A stretch of DNA of 64,000 bases from an uncultured Bacillota bacterium (lineage in GTDB: Bacteria > Bacillota > DTU025 > MWDF01): assembly GCA_963823655.1 (NCBI GenBank), contig CAWGMK010000013.1, positions 1 to 64,000 of the forward strand, read 5' to 3'. The stretch's first letter is position 1; each line of letters starts with the position of its first letter. Positions 1 to 7,946 of this stretch are shown piece by piece. The notes beneath the pieces were generated by a model. It had not been told where the DNA came from. It did no database searches and was given only the letters and a program-made list of their open reading frames with translations. A program made the translations under genes and the position numbers.

Positions 1-120
1 GACTGAGCGAAGCTCTCGATCAAGCCCTCCCTCTCCGGCGATTACCTTGGCACCTTCGAGGCACGGCAGCTTAAGAGCATCGCGCACACGGAAACCTTCC
101 TGAAATTCCCTGCGGTCCAT
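1..120 (-). CDS. PucR-family transcriptional regulator, N-terminal part (continues off the left edge)
   Basis: Not in the ORF track. The reverse strand from ATG at 120 (GGAGGT at 127-132) reads MDRREFQEGFRVRDALKLPCLEGAKVIAGEGGLDRELRSV, matching the PucR N-terminal domain pattern (V.D.L.LP.L..A.V.AG..GLDR.V..V). Confidence 0.75.
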   Translation of the reverse strand, partial: MDRREFQEGFRVRDALKLPCLEGAKVIAGEGGLDRELRSV

Positions 121-245
121 GGGCATACCTCCGAAAGCTTTGATATTGGTACTGATTTAAATATAGAACAGAACATGCCCGACAGACCATAGCAACGAAT
201 ATTTTATGTAAATCTAGCAAATTAGTCAAAAACAGGAGGTGGCCA

Positions 246-2124
246 ATGAAAGGCTACTGCGGAAAGATCCTACATGTCGATTTGACCGGCGGAAGTTTCT
301 CGGTGGAGGTGCCGGATGAGGCCTTCTACAGGAAGTACATGGGAGGCAGCGCCATCGGTGCCTACTACGCGCTAAAAGGCATCAAGCCGGGCACGGACGC
401 ATACGACCCCGCAAATGTCCTTGTGTTCGCGGCTTCCGCCGCGACGGGTGCGCCACTTAGCGGCGCCTCCAGGTTCAACGTCACTGCCAAGTCGCCTCTA
501 ACAGGGGCTTTGGGCGACAGCCAGGCCGGAGGCTTCTGGGGCACGGAGCTCAAATATGCAGGTTTCGACGCATAGTCTTCACTGGGAGGTCTGCGAAGCC
601 CAAGTTCCTATGGATACATGACGGGCAGTATGAGCTGATGGACGCCTCCGACCTTTGGGGTCTTGAGACGGGGCAGGCGCAGGAGAAGATAAGGCATAGG
701 CTCGGCGATAAGAAAGTCAGGGTGGCGGTCATCGGGCCCGCAGGCGAGAGGCTGGTTAGGTATGCCTGCATAGCCAACGAGCTCAAGCACTAGAACGGCA
801 GGACCGGCATGGGCGCCGTCATGGGTTCCAAGAACCTTAAGGCGATTGCCGTTCGCGGCACGAAGGCGCCTGAGTTTGCGGACCGAGAGGCAATAATGGC
901 GTTGGCTCAGTCGGGGGCCAAGAGGTCGGTCGACCACGGTACATCGAAGTTCCTTAGGGAGCTTGGGACGGCGGGCGTCGTCACGGTCAACCAGACCATA
1001 GGCGGCCTGCCCACCAAGAACTGGACGTCAGGCTCCTTCGAGCACGCCGAGGAGATATCGGGCGATCACATGAACAAGACGATACTTAAGAAGAACGAAT
1101 TATGCTGGGCATGTGCCGTAAGGTGCAAGCGCGTGGTAGAGGCAAGCGAGCCCTATGAGATTGACCCTGAATACGGCGGGCCGGAGTATGAATCCATTGC
1201 CGCCCTCGGTTCATATCTCGCAATAGGCAGCCTTCCGGCGGTGGCCAAGGCGACCGAGCTGTGCAACAGGTACGGGCTGGACACGATATCTACAGGCGGC
1301 ACCCTCGCATTCGCCATGGACTGCTTCGAAGCCGGAATTATTGGGCTTGAGGATACGGGCGGGCTGGATCTAAGGTTCGGCAATGCGGACGCGGCGCTTG
1401 GCATGATCGAGATGATTAAGGATCGAAAAGGTTTCGGCGGCCTGCTTGCAGAGGGCTCCTACAGAGCGGCAGAGAAGCTTGGCAAAGGGGCCCAGCACTT
1501 CACCATCTGCTCGAAAAAGCAGGAGTTCCCGGCGCACATGCCCAGAAATCAAGGCGTCTTTGGCGCTCGCCTATTCTACAAACCCGTTCGGCGCAGACCA
1601 CCAGTCGCACCAGCACGACGGCTCAATCTCATCGGAGGACCTTCCTGAGGCCATGAAGACTCTGGGCTTCTCGAAGACGGTGCCCATGGATGAAGCTCAA
1701 CTTCGAGAAGGCCAAGCTGTGGGTTACACGCAGACGCTGTACAGCGCTTTGGATTTACTTGATCTCTGCCAAGTTCTGCTTCGGCATTAACCTCCTTTAC
1801 GGGTTGGACGACTTGGTAAAGCTGGTAAACGCGGCGACGGGCTGGTCTACTACCCTCTGGGAGCTGATGCAGCTGGGGGAGCGCCGAATCAATACATGCT
1901 GAGGGTATTCAACGCCCGCGAGGGGATGTCGGCGAAGGAAGATACGCTGCCCGAGAGGATATTCAAGCCTCTGATTGGCGGGATAACCGAAGGCAACCGG
2001 ATAGACAGGGGAGAATTCGAGGCCGCGAAGAAGCAGTATTACGAGATCATGGGCTGGAACGCAGCAACCGGCAATCACTCCGACGAAACTTGAGGAGCTG
2101 GGGCTCGGCTGGGTTATGGGTTAG
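246..2124 (+). pseudogene. aor: Aldehyde:ferredoxin oxidoreductase (W-pterin AOR family), fragmented by frameshifts and one in-frame TAG; probably mostly sequencing error
   Basis: AGGAGG RBS. Motifs MKGYCGKIL.VDL, KSPLTG, ELKYAGFD, IGPAGE, GMGAVMGSKNLKA, C..C...C, GPEYE, GLDTIS, LAEG, ERI, FNAREG..D.LP.R and C-terminal KLEELGL lie in several frames. Shifts near 571, 1547, 1695, 1720, 1770, 1896 and 2085; TAG at 791-793. Confidence 0.88.
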
Positions 2125-2245
2125 TCCGAATTAAAACTGAACTTATCTTAAAAGTCAGAGCAAAAACGAAATCCCCGCTAAGTAGGAAGGGACTGTCCCT
2201 AAACATGATAGTTTTCGATTTGGACAGCCTCTCAAAAACAGAACT

Positions 2246-2276
2246 AAAAAATGCCAGGCCCCAAAAAGCCTGGCAT
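2246..2276 (-). terminator. Intrinsic terminator of the transposase
   Basis: Stem ATGCCAGGC/GCCTGGCAT followed by a T run on the minus strand, just downstream of the transposase stop. Confidence 0.7.
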
Positions 2277-2317
2277 TCGTCTATCTATTGAGCTGAAACA
2301 GCCTCGTTCTACATCAT

Positions 2318-3868
2318 TTAGACCTGCATGGCATACCTTTTCATGTTGTATGCCATGAACAACAGTCCGGCTTCTATGCTTACTTTCTTCAGGCCTCTAA
2401 GCTTGAAACGGGTAAATCCCATCGCATGCTTGATTACACTGAAGACGAATTCTGGCTCTATACAGCGTAGCCCTCGCATTTTAATGCCTTCGGGGGAGCG
2501 CAACAAGTTGCTGGCTTTTGTTTTGTGTCTTTCGAGATTCTCATTTACATCAAGCTTGACTGATCTGTAAACAATGTCTTTACTCCTATGCGGACATTGG
2601 TTGCATTGTTCGCAGATGTAGGACTTGATGTTGGATACATATCCCCTGATTGACTTTCTTTGACTTGAGTACTTGTACAGAAACTTGCCGCCGTACCTGC
2701 AGATGTAGGCATCTTCTTGCATATCATAGCTCATGTTTTCCTTGCGGCAGGGGTCTTTGGCATACGATCTTTTCTGTTCCTGATGGAAGCTCTGGTACTT
2801 CACACATGCTTCCACGTCTGCATTTTCCATGAATTCGTAGTTCTCTTCGCTACCGTAACCGGCATCCGCTATTACCCTGTCCGGGTACTTCCCGTATGCT
2901 TGTCTGTACCTCTCAAGGCTAGGCTTAAGGCTGTTCATGTCGTTTTTATCCTGGCTCAGTCCATAATCCACCACATATCTGCCTTCTGTGCCTATCTGCA
3001 GATTGTAACCGGCTTTGAGCTGTCCGTTAAGCATGTGGTCTTCCTTCATCCTCATGAAGGTGGCATCCTTGTCCGTACAGCTCATGCTGCGGCGATTATC
3101 CCCGATGTCCTTCAGTTGACTTTGGTATCGCCGAGCCCTTACAAGCATGTCCTTATCCAGCTTCTTGACTATCTTGCGTGTTATCTTTGTGCTCTTCTTG
3201 TCCTTTTCCTCCAGCTTCTTATTCAATCTGTCGATGAGGTCCTTTATCGCCTCGGGATCATCCTTGACCGTCTGGATCAGATCATCGTCCCCGTACATCT
3301 CGTCTTCTATCTCGTTAGTGTGGTCTATCTCGTCCATAAGGGCCTTTACCTTCTCTGCCAGCTTGTCCCTGTTCTTCTCTACCGACTTCCTCCATACGAA
3401 GCTGTACTTGCTTGCGTTGGCCTCGATCTTCGTGCCATCAAGGAAGTAGTTCTCCAGCTTGAGTTTGCCTTTGGAACCAAGGTAGAGTATCAGTTCCCTG
3501 AATGTGTCGCTTACTACTTCCTTAAGCTGGCCGCGAAACCTGTTAAGCGTCCTGAAGTCAGGCTCGTTTCCCCTCGCCAGCCACATGAAGTGTATGTTCT
3601 CCCTGGCCGCCTTGGCTATTTGACGGCTTGACCATATCTTTTGTGCATATGCGTACATCAGCAGCTTCAGCATCATCCTTGGATTGTAGCTGCTCGTACC
3701 GCCACCTTTGTACATACTGTCAAGATGCTTAAGCGCCATACCTTCCACTGCTGCATCAATTACCCTGCAGAGATGGTTCTCCGGGATCCTGATACTCATC
3801 TCCATGGGCAATGCCAGTTGCATGGCATCGTATGGCTTGAAAACCACCTTGTTATGTCTCTTCGCCAT
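2318..3868 (-). CDS. IS1182-family DDE transposase
   Basis: Intact ORF with motifs IPENHL, GG.SSY.P.MMLK, SSR.I, PDFRT..RFR, DGTKIEANA, TD.DA.FM, GYN.Q, ADAGYGSE.NY, IEP.F..IK and F.LRG. Start placed at ATG 3868 from RBS spacing (ORF track 3874). Confidence 0.93.
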   Translation of the reverse strand: MAKRHNKVVFKPYDAMQLALPMEMSIRIPENHLCRVIDAAVEGMALKHLDSMYKGGGTSSYNPRMMLKLLMYAYAQKIWSSRQIAKAARENIHFMWLARGNEPDFRTLNRFRGQLKEVVSDTFRELILYLGSKGKLKLENYFLDGTKIEANASKYSFVWRKSVEKNRDKLAEKVKALMDEIDHTNEIEDEMYGDDDLIQTVKDDPEAIKDLIDRLNKKLEEKDKKSTKITRKIVKKLDKDMLVRARRYQSQLKDIGDNRRSMSCTDKDATFMRMKEDHMLNGQLKAGYNLQIGTEGRYVVDYGLSQDKNDMNSLKPSLERYRQAYGKYPDRVIADAGYGSEENYEFMENADVEACVKYQSFHQEQKRSYAKDPCRKENMSYDMQEDAYICRYGGKFLYKYSSQRKSIRGYVSNIKSYICEQCNQCPHRSKDIVYRSVKLDVNENLERHKTKASNLLRSPEGIKMRGLRCIEPEFVFSVIKHAMGFTRFKLRGLKKVSIEAGLLFMAYNMKRYAMQV

Positions 3869-4024
3869 AAACATACCTCCGATAAGGCTTCTATACAGGT
3901 ATTATCTCATATTTCGGAGGTTGATTTAATAGTTTAGCTGTCGTTTTAATGAACTACTTCGTGCATAAAGAAAGGGACTGCCCTTTTCTTTTTGGACAGT
4001 CCCATGCTTTATTAGGAGGTCCAG

Positions 4025-4616
4025 ATGAGTAGAGGCAACAGTGTGAGGAATATTGCCGTTTTCATAGTGTCGGTGATATTGGCACTTTCCGCATTGGGCA
4101 CAGGTGCTGCTATCGCCGCCCCTTACAAGGCTGAGAAGGTAGCGGAGAAGCTGATCGTAGACGGTATAGATAATGGGTATGCAGCAACTGCGCTTACTTT
4201 GGGCAAGGGCAGCGTGAAGATGGCATTCTGGCAGGACAGGGTATTCGTATTGGCAAGCATGAAAGGTTCAGGATGGATCGCCGTGGCATTCAACAAGCAG
4301 GGCAAGGGAATGGACGGCTCCAATATGATAATCGGGTATTTGGATGCCGCAGGAAAGGCCGCCGTGAGAAATGACCTTGGCAAAGGATGGTCGCATTCCG
4401 CAGCAGCCAAGCAGGCCGTCATCGAACATGCCATCGTGCAGTCCGACGGGATTACTTACTTCGAGTTCGTCATACCCGCTTTCGTTTGCGGACGGGTTTG
4501 CGCTCAAAGGCTTGGAGGAAGGCTCCATTTACTCACTGGTGCTGGCAGGGAATGAGAGGTCATTCTCGATTAACAGCAAGCATACATGGGCTGCGAAAGC
4601 AGACTTCTCACTGTAG
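4025..4616 (+). CDS. Exported DOMON-domain protein (one frameshift near 4470)
   Basis: AGGAGG RBS, signal peptide, GWIAVAF....GMDGSNMIIGY DOMON signature. The C-terminus (..LVLAG..SKH..) continues in the 4371-4616 frame. Confidence 0.7.
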
Positions 4617-4633
4617 AGAGGCGCGGAGGTTAT

Positions 4634-5278
4634 ATGAGGTCATTCCAAAGGAAGGCATTTCTGCTAATAGCAGTCGTAATGCTGCTTGCTGTAAGCGGCA
4701 TGATTGAGGCTGCAGGTGCTCAGGCGACGCGCGATTTTGAAGTCCCTGAAGTGAAGCTCACGGACCTTTCCAGCCTGCCTGACAACTCCATAAAAGGCCC
4801 TCAATATATCGATATAGGATTGTACAGGCTTAAAGTCTACGGCAACGTTTCTAAGGAGATTAGCTACAGCTATGAAGACATCATTCGAAAAGGCGGAATT
4901 GAAAGATACTCCGTGCTTTACTGCGTCGAAGGCTGGGATGCATCGGTCCTTTGGGTTGGTACGAGGATCATGGACCTCATATCGACAGCGGGGATCAAGG
5001 ACGGCAGCGAAGTAGTCATATTCCACTCATCGGACGGCTACACCACTTCATTGCCCATTTCAGAGATCAAAGCCAAGGAGATGATCGTGGCATATAGGGC
5101 GAATAATGCAGTGCTGCCGATTAAACTGGGTTTCCCTTTGATTGTTGTGGCGGAGGACAAGCTGGGCTACAAATGGGCCAGGTGGGTTATCGGCATGGAG
5201 ATCTCCACCGATTCCAAGTACCTTGGATACTGGGAAGAGATTGGCTTTCCCAACGATGCCGAGGTCAAACCGAAGTAA
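4634..5278 (+). CDS. Exported molybdopterin-dependent oxidoreductase, sulfite-oxidase/MsrP(YedY)-like Moco-binding domain
   Basis: GGAGG RBS before ATG 4634. Motifs YRLKVYG.V, LYCVEGW (Mo-ligand Cys), DGYTTSLP, GFP...AEDKLGYKWARWV, YLGYWE..G. Confidence 0.85.
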   Translation: MRSFQRKAFLLIAVVMLLAVSGMIEAAGAQATRDFEVPEVKLTDLSSLPDNSIKGPQYIDIGLYRLKVYGNVSKEISYSYEDIIRKGGIERYSVLYCVEGWDASVLWVGTRIMDLISTAGIKDGSEVVIFHSSDGYTTSLPISEIKAKEMIVAYRANNAVLPIKLGFPLIVVAEDKLGYKWARWVIGMEISTDSKYLGYWEEIGFPNDAEVKPK

Positions 5279-5431
5279 TGTGCCGAACAAGTGAATAGTA
5301 TTGCGACCTGCGCCATTCCTACTAAAACAATAGGAACGGCTATCGGGCTCAAGTTTTAACCAGCGGTTTCAGGATGAAACCAAGTTAAGGAAACGAAAAC
5401 ACATCAGGGAAATGGATAGGGGATCATTTCG

Positions 5432-5460
5432 AAAGGCTGCACTAAATGCAGCCTTTATTC
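5432..5460 (+). terminator. Intrinsic terminator
   Basis: AAAGGCTGCA-loop-TGCAGCCTTT followed by AT-rich sequence. Confidence 0.6.
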
Positions 5461-5855
5461 ATTTACATGAGATGCATGGACAACCAGCTGGTCATTGAAC
5501 GATGTGGGTTCCCTTTAATCCCATAGTGATGGCAAGAATCTTGAAGATGCATTCGTTTTTTAAGCAATTCGTGATTATTGAGGGTAATAGATACAGGCAA
5601 AGAAATCAGAATCAGATAGGCAATCGTTATTATTGTAGAATCACAGCAGCCGAGCTCATAAGATGGACCATGTACTCGTTTTCGGGGAAGTTACTTAGTT
5701 GAGCCAAGGCCCGAAAAGATTAAGAGCGGCCTGTAGCAGCAACTGTGTGGCCTGGGCTCAAGTTGAATGCGGCCAGCAGGCAGGAACATCGGGGGCTTAG
5801 GTGGTATTATATTCTAAAAGGCAAGTCCGCCTCGTAAAGGACGCGGAGGTACTCT

Positions 5856-6800
5856 TTGCAGACAATTGAGGAGAGGTATTCCATCGGGGCCAAAGCCCTT
5901 ATACTGCTCCTGGCGATAAACATACCGCTAGCGGCGGTGAAGCTTGTCTTCGGCATAAGCTCGATGAGCGCCGCTTTGGTTTCAAGCTCGATACTGACTA
6001 CGATGACGGCCTTAACGACCGTCTCAACTCTAACCGCCATGAGGCTTGCGACAAGGCGCGCCGACAAGCAGAAGTTCTTCGTGCAGAGCAAGCTTGGCGT
6101 GATGTTCTCAAGGCTTGTAGCCACGCTTCTGGTTATTTTCGGAATAGTGATTTCCAGGGGCAATGCAGTGAATTTGATAACCGGGGATTATGCAAGGCCG
6201 AGATGGCCTGCCATCCTCATCGCCGCCATTTCAATAATAATCAAGGAATATGCCTATATAGTGACCAGAAGGGCGGCCGCCAGGACGCACAACAGCGCGA
6301 TAATGACGGAGGCCATAAATCAGAGGATAGATATGGGAGTTGCCGCCGGGGCGATGCTCGGAGCTTTGATCGGCATGTTGTGGGTGCCCGCCCTGGACCC
6401 TGTGATGGGCATGATGATCGGCGCCGCATTGGCCTGGATGGGCCTTCAGCTCTGGTGGACTTCGATCGCAGAGCTTCTGGAGGAGAAACTCGATCCCCAG
6501 CTTATCGGCTCCATCAAGAAAGTGCTTGAGGCCGTGCCAGCAAGAAGCGGCAAGTTCACCCTTAAGGAGGCAACCGCAAGGAAGTACGGCGGCTTCGTAT
6601 ATGTGGAGGTCGTCGTCGGAATGGACCCTTCCATTAGCCTGTTCGAATCGCATTCCGCCGCAGACAGGATAGAAGCCCTGATCAAAAAGGCCTTACCATT
6701 CGTATCGGGCGTTGATGTAGAAGCAGAACCCGTTGATGTGATAGGCGAAGCGATGAGCGATGCAGAGACAGATATGGGCGATGATGAGGTGGTTGAATGA
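5856..6800 (+). CDS. Cation diffusion facilitator (FieF-like) family protein with divergent metal site
   Basis: GGAGG RBS and TTG start; about six TM helices, ALDP..G..IG, and a C-terminal dimerisation domain (RKYG..VYVEV.V.MDP..S..ESH.....IE). Confidence 0.8.
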   Translation: MQTIEERYSIGAKALILLLAINIPLAAVKLVFGISSMSAALVSSSILTTMTALTTVSTLTAMRLATRRADKQKFFVQSKLGVMFSRLVATLLVIFGIVISRGNAVNLITGDYARPRWPAILIAAISIIIKEYAYIVTRRAAARTHNSAIMTEAINQRIDMGVAAGAMLGALIGMLWVPALDPVMGMMIGAALAWMGLQLWWTSIAELLEEKLDPQLIGSIKKVLEAVPARSGKFTLKEATARKYGGFVYVEVVVGMDPSISLFESHSAADRIEALIKKALPFVSGVDVEAEPVDVIGEAMSDAETDMGDDEVVE

Positions 6801-7927
6801 GCGAAAAGGGCATCTTCTTCAAAGGTTTCAACCGAGAACACGCACGTGTCCTCGAAGCCGTAAGGCAGGGGGCAGGCAGCTGGCATGGAGATGACCCGGC
6901 TTCACTGCAGGCGCTTGAGGACCTGATAAAAAACGGCTTGGTGTATAAAGACAGGCATGGAGTTGCCATTGACTCCGAGTACGGCTATCTTCTGGGGATA
7001 GACATCGGGGGCACATCCGCAAAATCAATGCTCATAGACTTTGCCTTCATGCCAGTTGCAGGAAGCTTCAGGAGCGAGGACAGGGGTCAGGATATCGAAT
7101 TATTTAGGGATAACCTCGGAAAGGCCCTTGACGGCACAATGGCATCTGCCAGCCCCAAAAGGATACTTGGCATCGGAATTGCTTTACCCGGCACTGTTGA
7201 CCCGATCAAAGGGAAAGTGCTGTTTACCCCCAACATACAGTTCCTCTCGGGCCTTGACGCGGGGGGCCTGCTTCCTGATAGATACAGGATGAAATGGGAA
7301 GGCGTAAGGATGATGCTGGAGCATGACTGCAAGGCCGCAGTCGTAGCTGAGAAGCTAGCCGGAGGCCCAAAACACTCCAAAAGGCGTGAAGAATCCGTAG
7401 TCTCTGTCACCGTGGGCACCGGAGTAAGCGCGGGCTCCTACATCAACCAGGGCGTTGTAAGAGGGGCCAGCAATACTGCTGGCGAGTTCGGGCATATAAT
7501 CGTGAACCAATCTGACGGGAGGCTTTGCGGCTGCGGAAAAGTAGGTTGCCTGGAGGCCGAGGCGTCAGGAGTAGCCATGCAGGCGAAGTGGCTTGAGCGC
7601 ACTGGAACAAGGGCGGCCGTCGTAGAGATTGCACAGATGGCGATGAACGGCGACGAAGAGGCGCTTGGCCTTTTCAAAGAGACGGGCCATTGGCTCGGCC
7701 TAGGTTTGAGCTATATAGTCAACTTGATGGAACCGGAGCTTATTACACTGTACGGCGGCGTATCGGCGGCATACGACCTCTTCTCGGAATCTCTTAATGA
7801 AACACTGGCAAAATATGCCTGGCCGCTGGCTCAATGGAAGGTGGAAAGGTCCATGCTTGGCCCCGAAATAGTGGGGCTGGGTGCGGCCCTTGTGGTTTAT
7901 GAGGATATTATCTCTTCGGTCCTTTAA
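6797..7927 (+). CDS. ROK-family protein (sugar kinase or repressor)
   Basis: GIDIGGT, GIGIALPG.VD, VGTGV, GEFGH and the Zn motif CGCGKVGCLE; about 60-aa N-terminal extension that may be a degenerate HTH. Confidence 0.88.
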   Translation: MSEKGIFFKGFNREHARVLEAVRQGAGSWHGDDPASLQALEDLIKNGLVYKDRHGVAIDSEYGYLLGIDIGGTSAKSMLIDFAFMPVAGSFRSEDRGQDIELFRDNLGKALDGTMASASPKRILGIGIALPGTVDPIKGKVLFTPNIQFLSGLDAGGLLPDRYRMKWEGVRMMLEHDCKAAVVAEKLAGGPKHSKRREESVVSVTVGTGVSAGSYINQGVVRGASNTAGEFGHIIVNQSDGRLCGCGKVGCLEAEASGVAMQAKWLERTGTRAAVVEIAQMAMNGDEEALGLFKETGHWLGLGLSYIVNLMEPELITLYGGVSAAYDLFSESLNETLAKYAWPLAQWKVERSMLGPEIVGLGAALVVYEDIISSVL

Positions 7928-7946
7928 ACGAGCGGAGGTGCCGGTC

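Larger units (their letters stand above)
2189..4003 (-). mobile_element. IS1182-family insertion sequence (~1.8 kb)
   Basis: Terminal inverted repeat GGGACTGTCC (2189-2198) / GGACAGTCCC (3994-4003) encloses a single DDE transposase; both ends form hairpins. No target duplication is visible, so the exact ends are uncertain. Confidence 0.75.

Noticed and set aside
2717-3631. 304-aa plus-strand ORF inside the IS
   Set aside because: Antisense shadow of the transposase with no recognisable motifs or RBS.
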